Shown: in pieces, positions 26,549-35,631 of the stretch | Position numbering within the stretch: the first letter of the stretch is position 1 | Layout: every line of letters starts with the position of its first letter | Origin: a virus | Taxonomy: Duplodnaviria; Caudoviricetes | IMG/VR virus record: IMGVR_UViG_3300049144_000011 | Location: 1-57,285 of that record | DNA: 57,285 bases | Direction: 5' to 3' (one strand) | Notes under the pieces: model-generated | The model's database searches: none | What the model was told of the DNA's origin: nothing | The model's input: the letters and a program-made list of their open reading frames with translations, nothing else | Program-made: the position numbers and the translations under genes

Positions 26549-26653
26549 GTGATACTGGCGTCTGCCGGCGAGAGTGCCGGTGGCGGGGGCCTGGTGCTTG
26601 TAGTCGCCGTGCTCCTGCTTCTTGCTTCGTCGCACAGAGGAAACGATGACTAG
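26549..26653 (+). CDS. 34-aa hydrophobic micro-protein
   Basis: GLVLVVAVLLLLAS hydrophobic stretch; G-rich RBS-like run upstream. Confidence 0.35.
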   Translation: MILASAGESAGGGGLVLVVAVLLLLASSHRGNDD

Positions 26654-26837
26654 GCGCAAGAGCCGTTACGACATTCCAGTCAAGTTCCTGATCCAGGTTG
26701 GCGATGACCCGGAACCGGCCGAGCTTGGATCTGCCGGCATCCCGTACCCGTACAACGCCATAACCGCGGTTCCCCGGCTCCTCCGGGAGCTTGCTGACGC
26801 TCTCGAAGCCCGCACCCGAGACGACTCTAAGCGCTGA
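26646..26837 (+). CDS. Hypothetical protein
   Basis: RBS AGAGGA; PRLLRELADALE. Confidence 0.6.
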   Translation: MTRRKSRYDIPVKFLIQVGDDPEPAELGSAGIPYPYNAITAVPRLLRELADALEARTRDDSKR

Positions 26838-26910
26838 CCTAGACACTCCCCCAATCGCCTTGGCTCACCTTGGCATGCCCTCATAGTTGAAACGAGACCT
26901 AAGGAAACTG

Positions 26911-27090
26911 ATGTCCGAGCCTGATGACGACTTTGACTATGCGTGGTGGTCCGAGACCAAGCGGCCCTCCAAGGCCGCAGAGCGGAAGGGGTGGCGTTCT
27001 GCCGTCCAGGAGGAGCTTGATGACCTCGGAGACCTCTACGAGCTTCCTGAGTCCCTTCGGCACGTCGACCTTCCAGGGGTGAGGCTCTGA
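26911..27090 (+). CDS. Hypothetical protein
   Basis: RBS AAGGA; coupled to the next gene. Confidence 0.55.
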   Translation: MSEPDDDFDYAWWSETKRPSKAAERKGWRSAVQEELDDLGDLYELPESLRHVDLPGVRL

Positions 27091-27284
27091 TGTGTTCTCA
27101 CCCCGAGCACCGCGTTGAGGTGCTTCCTGACGGACAGATCGACGAGACGCATGTCCTTACTCATGACGCCCTTGTCTCCTTGATGGACAGAGTCAGGGAG
27201 ATGTGTTGGCAAGTTGAGATGGCTAAGTACGCCCATGCATTTCCGCTGAATCACGTCTGGGAGGTGGGTCCCAATGGGAAGTAG
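27090..27284 (+). CDS. Hypothetical protein
   Basis: Coupled on both sides. Confidence 0.55.
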   Translation: MCSHPEHRVEVLPDGQIDETHVLTHDALVSLMDRVREMCWQVEMAKYAHAFPLNHVWEVGPNGK

Positions 27285-27702
27285 GGGACCAGCCCCGAAG
27301 GAGAACGCCGTAAGGCGCAACGAGCATGAGCACGCGGTGACGCTGAATCCTGACGCCCAGCCAGGGCGAGAACTTCCCCGCGGTCTCGGTATCTCCACTG
27401 CTGGTGCTAAGCGCTTCTGGAAGACCTGGAGTACCTCGCCACAGTCCGCTACGTGGCTTGAGACCGACTGGACCGAGCTGGAGATCACAACTGTCTTGGT
27501 GGATCAGCTCTACATGGGTGAGTACAAGCTTGCCGGCGAGATCCGGCAGCGGGTTGCCAAGTGGGGCGCCACCAACGAAGACAGGGCCCGGCTTCGGATG
27601 AAGCTCGAAGAGAAGCCTGAGGGAACCCCTGAGCCTTCTGAGAAGGCGTTCACCAACTTCGACATGGACCAGGAGCTTTACAACAAGCTGAGAGCCGTAT
27701 GA
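27274..27702 (+). CDS. terS: Terminase small subunit
   Basis: RGPAPK...W..W..SPQ..W.ETDW...EIRQRVAKWGAT.EDRARLR; immediately before terL. Confidence 0.9.
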   Translation: MGSRGPAPKENAVRRNEHEHAVTLNPDAQPGRELPRGLGISTAGAKRFWKTWSTSPQSATWLETDWTELEITTVLVDQLYMGEYKLAGEIRQRVAKWGATNEDRARLRMKLEEKPEGTPEPSEKAFTNFDMDQELYNKLRAV

Positions 27703-27718
27703 AGCAAGGGAGGTCCCT

Positions 27719-29302
27719 ATGCAAACGGGGAACCTCCCGGACACGATTCCGTCTCCTAAGGAGACTCTCGGCTACCAGATCATCCGGTGGTGTCAGAAGT
27801 ACGTTGTCACTCCTGATGGTGAACGAGCTGGTGAGCCTTGGGAGTTCACGGCGGAACAGCTCCGCTTTGTATTGTGGTTCTACGCGATCAATCCAGACGG
27901 TACATGGAAGTATGCGGCTGGAACGCTGAGGCGTGCGAAGGGCTGGGGGAAAACGCCCCTCCTTGCAGCACTGGCCATTGTCGAGTTTCTGGGGCCTTGC
28001 AGGTTCAGCCACTTCGATGCCTTTGGTCTCCCGGTTGGGAAGCGGGTACCGCTGCCAATTGTGCAGATCGGTGCTACTGCTTTGGATCAGTGTGAACAGA
28101 CCTTGGACATGATTCGAGGAATGCTCTCGGAGTCTCCTGCCGAAGAGGAATACGGCCTGGAGATCTCAAAGTCCATCGTCCAGTTCAAGTCGGGTAAGCC
28201 GGGAAGCATCAAGCCGAAGGCCACTGCCGGTCGCACCAATGAGGGTAACCGCCCGACGTTCATTGTTATGGACGAGGTCCACCACTGGGTTGGCACCAAT
28301 GGCGGTCCCGACTTCTACCAGGTTCTAAAGCGGAACGTCGAAAAGACGACGAAGGCCGGCTCTCGATGGGTCACCACTACCAACGCCTACAACCCCAATG
28401 AGGACAGCGTTGCCCAGCGAATCCATGAGTCCGAAATGGTCGCTCAAGGGTATTGGCTGTATGACTGCCTGGAAGCCTCGATTGACGTTGGGGACATCAG
28501 GGATGAGGCGAAGGTTCGTCAGGCCCTCATAGAGGCATATGGGGATGCTGTCTGGGCTGACGTCGATGGTCTTACCAAGACGATCCTGTACGACCGCACA
28601 ACTCCTGACTCAACCTACTGCCGGTTCTACTTCAACCAGATTGCAGAGTCCTCGGACGGATGGATGTCCAAGGCTGAATGGGATGCCATCCATTCTACCT
28701 ATGAGCCCATCAAGCCTGGTGATCAGATCGCCATTGGTTTTGACGGTTCTATCCGCGGTGACGCAACGGGTCTTGTGGGATGCCGGCTCAGTGATGGGAA
28801 GCTCTTCGTCCTAGACGTTTGGGAGCGTCCCAAAGATGCTCGGGATGATTGGGAAGTAGACACTCTCGCGGTTGAGGCCGCAGTCTACAAGGCTTTCAAG
28901 GAATACCAAGTTGAGTGGTTCTACGGGGACCCTCCTTATTTCCAAGAGGCTCTTGGTAGGTGGTCGATTCAGTTTGCCACCCGGGACACTGAGTACGTCT
29001 TCGAGTTCTGGACGAACAAACCCACTCGCATGGTTCAGGCGACGGAGCGTTTCCGCTCCGCAGTGATGACTAAGGAAATCTGCCACGACGGAGACGAGCG
29101 TCTTACTCGTCACGTCCTCAATGCCGTTACACGAGAAGTCATGGTGGGCGGTGAAGTCGGAATTCTCATTCAGAAGGACAGCCCACGATCAAAGAGGAAG
29201 ATCGACCTTGCCGTATGCGCAATCCTCGCCCTGGAGGCGAGAGCTGACGCAATAGCTGATGGGCGCATGAAGCGCCGACGCTCAAGGGTGGTGGGCTTCT
29301 AG
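27719..29302 (+). CDS. terL: Terminase large subunit
   Basis: RAKGWGKT Walker A; VMDE; nuclease FDGS..GD; KIDLAV. Confidence 0.95.
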   Translation: MQTGNLPDTIPSPKETLGYQIIRWCQKYVVTPDGERAGEPWEFTAEQLRFVLWFYAINPDGTWKYAAGTLRRAKGWGKTPLLAALAIVEFLGPCRFSHFDAFGLPVGKRVPLPIVQIGATALDQCEQTLDMIRGMLSESPAEEEYGLEISKSIVQFKSGKPGSIKPKATAGRTNEGNRPTFIVMDEVHHWVGTNGGPDFYQVLKRNVEKTTKAGSRWVTTTNAYNPNEDSVAQRIHESEMVAQGYWLYDCLEASIDVGDIRDEAKVRQALIEAYGDAVWADVDGLTKTILYDRTTPDSTYCRFYFNQIAESSDGWMSKAEWDAIHSTYEPIKPGDQIAIGFDGSIRGDATGLVGCRLSDGKLFVLDVWERPKDARDDWEVDTLAVEAAVYKAFKEYQVEWFYGDPPYFQEALGRWSIQFATRDTEYVFEFWTNKPTRMVQATERFRSAVMTKEICHDGDERLTRHVLNAVTREVMVGGEVGILIQKDSPRSKRKIDLAVCAILALEARADAIADGRMKRRRSRVVGF

Positions 29303-29317
29303 ATTCTTGGAGGCCCC

Positions 29318-30763
29318 ATGATTGTCCCTCCTAGCGGCTATACAGCCGTTGGACCCCCAGAGACTCCAGTTGACTGGCTTGCCTATCTCCAAGGAAAGCT
29401 GACGGAGAGACGCACAGACATACTTAAGTACGCCAGTTACTACGAGGGTGAACAGCAGAGGCTAGCGTTTGCTCAGGCTCGCTATAAGAGCGCCTTCCAG
29501 GATCTCTTCAGCGAATGGCGAGACAACTTCTGCGGGCTCATCATCGACTCCGCTACCGAGCGAATGCGGGTCGAAGGCTTCCGCCTCCCGTCAAAGGGAG
29601 GCATGGACGAGGACGCTCGTAGCTTCTGGCAGAGGAACAGTCTCGATGCCCTCGCCAACGGCGTGCACCTGGACGCCATGGTGCAGGGTCGGGCCTACGT
29701 CATCGTGTGGGCCGACAAGGACGGAGAGCCCCTCATAACTCCCGTCTCCGCAGAGGAGATGGTTGTCCAGTACAAGCCTGGCTCCTTCACGGAGCTGGAG
29801 GCCGCAGCGCGGTTCTTCCAGGACGCATGGGGTCGGACATGGGTGACCCTCTGGACCGAGACCTACGTCTATGAGGTCCCCCTCGGGAAGACCCAGTGGG
29901 AGCAAGGTGTTCGCCGGCCAAACCCCCTCAAGATGGTTCCGGTCGTCCCCTTCCACAACAGGTCTCGCCTCGTTGGTGACCCCTACTCGGACCTTGCCAA
30001 CGTCATTCCCATACAAGATGCGATCAACAAGATCACCAGTGACGCTCTACTGGCTTCTGAATTTGCGGCTTGGCCACAAAGGTGGGTCACGGGCCTTGAG
30101 ATTCAGGAAGACGAGAATGGTAATCCTGTTGAGCCGTTCAAGGTCTCTGTGGACAAGCTCCTTCAGGCCGAAGACCCACAGGCCAAGTTTGGGCAGTTCC
30201 AGGCTGCTGACCTCAAGAACTATGTGAACCTGATCAACCTTCTGGTACAGCACCTCAGTTCTGTATCCAGGACCCCGAGCCATTACTTCCTGGTCAACCA
30301 GGGAACTGCGCCCTCGGGTGAGGCGATTATCAGCGCCGAGGCCGGCCTTGTCTCAAAGGTCAAGGAACGGATGCTGTACTTCGGGGAAGCCTGGGAGCAG
30401 GTCATCAGGTTGTGCTTCCGGGTCAAGAAGGACAAGCGAGCTGATGAGTTCGCCATTGAGACCGTGTGGGCTGATCCTGAATACCGAACCGAAGCCCAGC
30501 ACATTGATTCCCTTTTGAAGCTTAAGCAGCTCAATGTTCCAGAAGAGATTCTGTGGATGAGGGCTGGCTTTACCGCTACCGAGATCCAAGCCTTCCGCGA
30601 AATGCGGAAGGAGGATGCCAAGGAAGCGAAGGAAGTTGCGGAGCTTGGGCCTCAGGCTCAGGATCCCAACGCCCCTGGAGGAGCTAAAGCCGCCGCAATG
30701 GCGGGCAAGCCTCCTCAGGGCAACTCCGGCAATGTCAGCCGGAAGCTCAACGAGAAGAAGTAA
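29318..30763 (+). CDS. Portal protein (SPP1 gp6-like)
   Basis: YYEGEQ; VPVVPF.N; PQRW.TG; SGEA; position after terL. Confidence 0.92.
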   Translation: MIVPPSGYTAVGPPETPVDWLAYLQGKLTERRTDILKYASYYEGEQQRLAFAQARYKSAFQDLFSEWRDNFCGLIIDSATERMRVEGFRLPSKGGMDEDARSFWQRNSLDALANGVHLDAMVQGRAYVIVWADKDGEPLITPVSAEEMVVQYKPGSFTELEAAARFFQDAWGRTWVTLWTETYVYEVPLGKTQWEQGVRRPNPLKMVPVVPFHNRSRLVGDPYSDLANVIPIQDAINKITSDALLASEFAAWPQRWVTGLEIQEDENGNPVEPFKVSVDKLLQAEDPQAKFGQFQAADLKNYVNLINLLVQHLSSVSRTPSHYFLVNQGTAPSGEAIISAEAGLVSKVKERMLYFGEAWEQVIRLCFRVKKDKRADEFAIETVWADPEYRTEAQHIDSLLKLKQLNVPEEILWMRAGFTATEIQAFREMRKEDAKEAKEVAELGPQAQDPNAPGGAKAAAMAGKPPQGNSGNVSRKLNEKK

Positions 30764-30820
30764 GCGCACGCCGGCCAACCGAAATGGTGGGACGGCTTAA
30801 CACCGAAATGGGATGAGCGC

Positions 30821-31345
30821 ATGCCTGAAGAGATCAAGCCTGACGAGAAGAAGCCCGAAGAGAAGCCACAGGAGAAGACTCCTGAGGAGCTAATTGCCGA
30901 GCTGACTGCCGACCGCGACAAGTGGAAGGCCATGTCTCGTCAGAACGAGGACAACTACAAGGCTGTCTCCAAGGAGCGGGACGACCTCAAGGCGTCCCAG
31001 ATGACCGACACCGAGAAGGCCATTGAAGCCGCACGTACTGAGGGCCGGAATTCCGCACTCAGTGAGGTGGGCACAGACCTGGTCACTGCCGAAATGGCTG
31101 TCCAGGCTGCTACGGCTGGTGTCACCCTTCCCCCTGCCGAGTACCTGAACGTCTCCAAGTTCCTCGGAGAAGATGGCCGCCCCAACAAGGAGGCCATCTC
31201 GTCCTTCGTCGAGTCTCTTCCCACGGCCAAGGAAGAGTTTCCGAACCTTCAGGGCGCCGGCAAGCAGACCGGTGGAGCCCCCGAGGTCACCACTATGGAC
31301 CCGTCCGAGCTTGCAGACCTCATTACGGGCGGGTCTTTCATCTAG
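30821..31345 (+). CDS. Capsid scaffolding protein
   Basis: KWKAMSRQNE...MTDTEKA; coiled coil; precedes the capsid gene. Confidence 0.8.
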   Translation: MPEEIKPDEKKPEEKPQEKTPEELIAELTADRDKWKAMSRQNEDNYKAVSKERDDLKASQMTDTEKAIEAARTEGRNSALSEVGTDLVTAEMAVQAATAGVTLPPAEYLNVSKFLGEDGRPNKEAISSFVESLPTAKEEFPNLQGAGKQTGGAPEVTTMDPSELADLITGGSFI

Positions 31346-31362
31346 CCCCTCGCTACATCTGT

Positions 31363-31386
31363 GAGCCCTCTCCGGAGGGCTTTTTT
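31363..31386 (+). terminator. Intrinsic terminator between scaffold and capsid genes
   Basis: AGCCCTC-TCCG-GAGGGCT followed by TTTTT. Confidence 0.7.
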
Positions 31387-31409
31387 CATGCCCTTTTGGA
31401 GGACAATCC

Positions 31410-32498
31410 ATGGCGACTACGCATCACTTTAATCTTGACCCCAAGCAAGTCACGATTGCTGCTCTGGGTCTGCTGGACCGACAGCTGACCCTTGGTAATA
31501 TTCCGGCTCGGTACTCGGAGCTGAACTTCACGGGTGGCCTTGGTGACGTGATTAACGTCAACCGTCCGAGCCGCTCGATTCCGGTTCAGGAGACTGGTGT
31601 CTCGAACATCATCAAGAACCCGATCACGGGCGACAAGAACGTGTTTGCTGCGGCCTCGGACCGGCCGCTTCCGACTACTCCTCGTCGGGCCCCGAATGGG
31701 TTCATCAACGAAACCAGGTTTCCGGTCCAGTTGACGACCCTCGCCCAGAATGCTTCTGCTCTTTCGATGGAGCAGGTTGCTTTCGACCTGAAGAAGTTCG
31801 GTGGTCAGATTCTCGCCCCGCTCACCCGCGGTATGGCCGAGTACTTCGATGACACCATTGCTGCGTGGATCAAGGCCAACATCACCCGTTCCGCTCTGAC
31901 CACTGCGCAGAAGGGGGTTATTGGTGGTGACGTTGATGTCTCCATTCCGACGTATGACGGTACCCGTCAGAACATGATGGACCGAGCCCTTGCCCTTCGT
32001 GTTGCATTCGTTGATGCTCGACTTCACCTGAACCGAGCCAACGTTCCTCACTCGGAGCGGTATGTCATTGCCGGCCCCGAGGTCGAGGCCATTCTTCTGA
32101 AAGATCCGGAATTCGTCGCGGTCGACTACTCGGGCGACACCAATGCCCTTCGTCGGGCCATCATCGGTTCGTACTACGGCTTTGATGTTGTGGTTCACAA
32201 CTCGTTCGACCTGGAGATGTACTTCTTCCACAAGAGCGCGTTCCTTCTGGCTTCTGTCTGCCCGGCTATCCCGATGGGTGCCGTTACCGGCTCGGTCCAG
32301 AACGTGAATGGCCTCGCTACCCGCATGCTCGTTGACTACGACTACGACCTCAAGGCGGACACCATTGGCCTTGACACCATGTACGGCTTCACCACCATCA
32401 AGGAGGACCCGGACTACAACGTCCGTGGAACCCTTATCGGTGAGAAGTTCGTTCGTGGCCTGAAGGTCAATATCACCGAGGTTGCTCCTACCCCGTAA
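31410..32498 (+). CDS. Major capsid protein (P22 coat-like)
   Basis: GDVINV.RP; L..ANVP...RY; G.YYGF.V; FHKSAF; D..YG; highly biased codons. Confidence 0.88.
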   Translation: MATTHHFNLDPKQVTIAALGLLDRQLTLGNIPARYSELNFTGGLGDVINVNRPSRSIPVQETGVSNIIKNPITGDKNVFAAASDRPLPTTPRRAPNGFINETRFPVQLTTLAQNASALSMEQVAFDLKKFGGQILAPLTRGMAEYFDDTIAAWIKANITRSALTTAQKGVIGGDVDVSIPTYDGTRQNMMDRALALRVAFVDARLHLNRANVPHSERYVIAGPEVEAILLKDPEFVAVDYSGDTNALRRAIIGSYYGFDVVVHNSFDLEMYFFHKSAFLLASVCPAIPMGAVTGSVQNVNGLATRMLVDYDYDLKADTIGLDTMYGFTTIKEDPDYNVRGTLIGEKFVRGLKVNITEVAPTP

Positions 32499-32531
32499 GT
32501 TGATATGAGATCTTGAGGGGAGGGGCTAATC

Positions 32532-33089
32532 GTGGCCTTTGTCACCGTTGAAGAGGTGGCCATTCGTCTTGGATGGCCCCTCACCCCCGATGAACAAGCT
32601 CGGGTCCAGGCATTCATTGATGACTGCACAGTCCTCATCGAGGAGTACTGCGGCAAGGACTTCGAGCGGAGGACGAACCAGTCCTTCCAGCTGCCTGCTG
32701 TGTGCAGCCGCTACCTTGCCATCCCCCGCCGTTACATGCCGTACCTCACGGTGACCTCCGTCGCCTTAAAGGACGGGATCCCCCTGACGGACTGGACCTA
32801 CAAGAACGGCTGCCTCTATAGAGAGGCCGGCTGGGACCAGGGCCAGCTGGTCACGGTCACGGGCTCCTGGGGCTATGCCACTGTGCCGGCTGCCCTGAAG
32901 GTCGCTACCGCGGCCGAGGTCATCCGGTGGATGGCTCAAACTCCTGGCCTCGCCATGGAACGAACTGGTGAGAGGGAAGTGGAGTACACCACTGCTTCTT
33001 CACCTCAGTCTCTCTCCGAGGCAGCCAAGCAGGCTCTACGTCGGTGGAGGCCCTCAGTAGGAACGCTCTCCTTGCGGAGGGCGGACTGA
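32532..33089 (+). CDS. Head-to-tail adaptor
   Basis: FVTVEEV..RLG; VTVT..WGY..VP; position; in-frame TTA at 32766. Confidence 0.78.
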   Translation: MAFVTVEEVAIRLGWPLTPDEQARVQAFIDDCTVLIEEYCGKDFERRTNQSFQLPAVCSRYLAIPRRYMPYLTVTSVALKDGIPLTDWTYKNGCLYREAGWDQGQLVTVTGSWGYATVPAALKVATAAEVIRWMAQTPGLAMERTGEREVEYTTASSPQSLSEAAKQALRRWRPSVGTLSLRRAD

Positions 33090-33418
33090 TGAGCCAGTAC
33101 GACGAGGCCATTGAGGTTTACTCCGCTGCTGAGGTTCAGGGCACCTACACCACGAAGAGGGACTGGGACCATCCGGTCCTGGTCCTCACTTCCCGTGCCA
33201 GTGTCCAGCCAGACCGCACCTTCGAGGTGCGTTCCCCGGAACGGTCCTTGGCTCAGACTCGGCTCCATGTCTACATGCCCTACACGGAGTTGGTAGACGA
33301 CCAGAACCGCGTTAAGTGGCGCGGGGACTGGTACGAGATCGACGGTCCTCCGGGCCTCTGGCCCTACGGCTCTACCCGTCACACCCACCTTTTCATTTGG
33401 AGGGCTAAGAACGGATGA
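33089..33418 (+). CDS. Head-tail stopper
   Basis: SVQP...RV.WRG..YEIDG.P. Confidence 0.78.
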   Translation: MSQYDEAIEVYSAAEVQGTYTTKRDWDHPVLVLTSRASVQPDRTFEVRSPERSLAQTRLHVYMPYTELVDDQNRVKWRGDWYEIDGPPGLWPYGSTRHTHLFIWRAKNG

Positions 33419-33771
33419 ACGAGGGACAGTTCAAACTCACCATGCATCGCGGTTGGGAGAACCAAGTTCTCTCAACTCTGGAGGCTGGCGCACTGGTTGC
33501 AGAGGTTACCGGTGAGCTACGGAATATGGCTGTCCGGGACGCTCCGCGGGCCAAGAACGTCAATACCAACTGGAACCAGATCAAGAAAAACATCAGTGCC
33601 TTCGTCGAGAAAGACGCCAAGGGATACTACGGGAACGTCACCATCGAACTCAATGATCGTGTACGTCACGCCCTTCTTCAGGAACGCGGTTGGACTGACC
33701 GAGGAGGCCGTAGGCATCCCGGAAAGAAGTACCTGAAGAACGTGCTACTGAAGGCGAGGATCGAAGAATGA
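33415..33771 (+). CDS. Tail completion/neck protein (HK97 gp10-like)
   Basis: Synteny; A..DAP...I...A..E.G...P..YL pattern. Confidence 0.65.
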   Translation: MNEGQFKLTMHRGWENQVLSTLEAGALVAEVTGELRNMAVRDAPRAKNVNTNWNQIKKNISAFVEKDAKGYYGNVTIELNDRVRHALLQERGWTDRGGRRHPGKKYLKNVLLKARIEE

Positions 33772-34154
33772 CTGGTGATCCCATGGCCGCAGTAGTGGAG
33801 TTTCTTCGCAGTCTCCCCGACCTTCCTCCAGGCAGCGTCACCGGAGACATGACCTCCCGAGAGGTCGGAGACCCAACGGTCTACGTCGACCACAACGGAG
33901 GTTTCCGGGTCGTCCGGGACAGCATGGATCGAGTGGACATCATCTATGAGGTCTATGACCTGGACAGAGAGAAGGCCGCCCAACTGGCCTTCTTGGTCCG
34001 TGAGCACTTCCTAATGGACCTCCGTACTCTGACAGTTGGTGATCTTTACTTCCTGGATTCTGAAGACAGAACTCTGCCTGAGTACGAGCCTGACTCTGCT
34101 TCCCGGGAGCACGTCTACAGCGGGGAAGTCTCCCTGTTCTACGTAGCTGCCTGA
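33768..34154 (+). CDS. Tail terminator
   Basis: Synteny before the major tail gene. Confidence 0.68.
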   Translation: MTGDPMAAVVEFLRSLPDLPPGSVTGDMTSREVGDPTVYVDHNGGFRVVRDSMDRVDIIYEVYDLDREKAAQLAFLVREHFLMDLRTLTVGDLYFLDSEDRTLPEYEPDSASREHVYSGEVSLFYVAA

Positions 34155-34170
34155 ACCACTACACATGACC

Positions 34171-34196
34171 AACGGCCCTTGAGGGGGCCGTTTTTT
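34171..34196 (+). terminator. Intrinsic terminator before the major tail gene
   Basis: AACGGCCC...GGGCCGTT followed by TTTT. Confidence 0.65.
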
Positions 34197-34216
34197 GTTG
34201 CCCCCAAGGAGCCCCT

Positions 34217-34795
34217 ATGCCTTCTGGAAATGCTGACAAGATCCGGTTCGCTCCGGATGGAATGATCTACATCGCGCCCACTGGTGGCGGTCTCGTCCTG
34301 CCGACCGAGGTTGGCGACGGCCTGACCCCGCCCGCGGGCTTCAAGGCCCTGGGTTATGTGTCCGAGAACGGCGTGACCCTGACTCCGTCGATTCAGACCA
34401 CGCCTCTGCCGGCGTGGCAGTCTGCGGCTCCGGTCCTCTACAACGTCGACTCTGCCTCCTTCCAGATTCAGGCCACCCTGATTGAAGCCTCTCAGCTCGT
34501 GACTGAGACTTTTTTCGGTGCCGAGTGGGAAGAGGTCCTGGACGGGGGTGTCCCGTCTGGTGAGTACCGGCTTGACCTCTCCAGTCTGCCGGACCTCAAG
34601 GAGTTCGCCCTTGTCGTTGACTGGAAGTACAAGGCGAATTTGTGGCGTGCGGTTATCAGCCGTGCCATGGTCGCGGAGCGAGGGGCCATCACCCTTCAGC
34701 GCACGCAGAACCAGGCGTTCGAGCTGACTATTGACGCCATGGACAGCAGCGGCAAGCTCGGTTACATCCTCACCAACGAGGCGATGTCTGCCTAA
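34217..34795 (+). CDS. Major tail protein
   Basis: APTG..LP; LGYVSENGV; AWQ. Confidence 0.88.
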   Translation: MPSGNADKIRFAPDGMIYIAPTGGGLVLPTEVGDGLTPPAGFKALGYVSENGVTLTPSIQTTPLPAWQSAAPVLYNVDSASFQIQATLIEASQLVTETFFGAEWEEVLDGGVPSGEYRLDLSSLPDLKEFALVVDWKYKANLWRAVISRAMVAERGAITLQRTQNQAFELTIDAMDSSGKLGYILTNEAMSA

Positions 34796-34886
34796 GCATG
34801 CCCTTTTAGTCGAATCGAGACCTTGCCGGGAGGTCTAAAACCCCGGCACCTCTCTCTCACTCACTCATTGTCTCTGGAGATCCACT

Positions 34887-35210
34887 ATGACCACTGCGCG
34901 CAAGACTGCGGCCCCGAAGTCCGTCAATGCAGCCAAGGCGGTTGAGGCCGTTCGCGAAGAGAAGGCTGAAGACGAGGGTCCGAAGCTGAACACGTTTGAG
35001 TACAAGGGACACGCCTACTCCGTGCCGGCTGACCCGCTGGACCTCCCCCTTGAAGTTGGTCTGGCTGAGTCAGAGTTCGAGATTGTTCAGGAGATTGTTG
35101 GTCCGGAGCAGTGGGTTGAGTTCCGTAAGACCCGCCCGACCATCCGTCAGTTCGGCGAGTTCTCGGACCTGGTCATCAAGGCGGCCGGGTACGCCGATTC
35201 GGGAAACTGA
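34887..35210 (+). CDS. Tail assembly chaperone (G)
   Basis: Between the major tail and tape measure genes; ends in slippery site G GGA AAC. Confidence 0.85.
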   Translation: MTTARKTAAPKSVNAAKAVEAVREEKAEDEGPKLNTFEYKGHAYSVPADPLDLPLEVGLAESEFEIVQEIVGPEQWVEFRKTRPTIRQFGEFSDLVIKAAGYADSGN

Positions 35211-35623
35211 CACTGGTCGTCCGTTGCCTACAGGAGCACAGTGATGAGCTGGAAGCAGACCTCAGAGAGTTCTTCCAGGTGGATTTGCTGGACTACTGGC
35301 GCGGACGGCTGTCACTCCGACAGATCAGCGTGTACCTCAAGTCACTTATGAGGAAGCCGGGAAGGTCAACGCTCCTCATGGCGATGGACGAAACCACTGA
35401 GTGGGGCGTTGAGCAATACCTCATGGCTCGTATCTCCGATGCTCTGGAGCTGTCCAACTACCTGTTCATCCAGGCTAATTCAGCCGATGACTCAGAGATC
35501 CCCCTTCCCGAACCTGTTCGCCGGCCTGGCGATCTGGACGAGGTTGACCCCAAACCCAACCAAGAGGAGTTCGCGTCTGGCCAAGAAGTGGCCGCGTTCT
35601 TCGGCAGGATGAATAGCTTGTAG
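34887..35623 (+). CDS. Tail assembly chaperone GT, made by a -1 programmed frameshift at 35201-35207
   Basis: GGGAAAC heptamer in frame; the -1 frame is open (KLTLVVRCLQEHSDELEADL...) into ORF 35279-35623. Confidence 0.85.
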
Positions 35624-35631
35624 GAGGCCGT

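Noticed and set aside
26322-26560. HDV-like (theta), hammerhead or twister ribozyme next to the tRNAs
   Set aside because: Could not place the required conserved cores by eye; kept only as an unclassified structured spacer
7826-29302. Inteins or introns in the polymerase, RNR, helicase or terminase
   Set aside because: ORFs are continuous, of ordinary length, with no splice-junction motifs; the LAGLIDADG gene is intergenic
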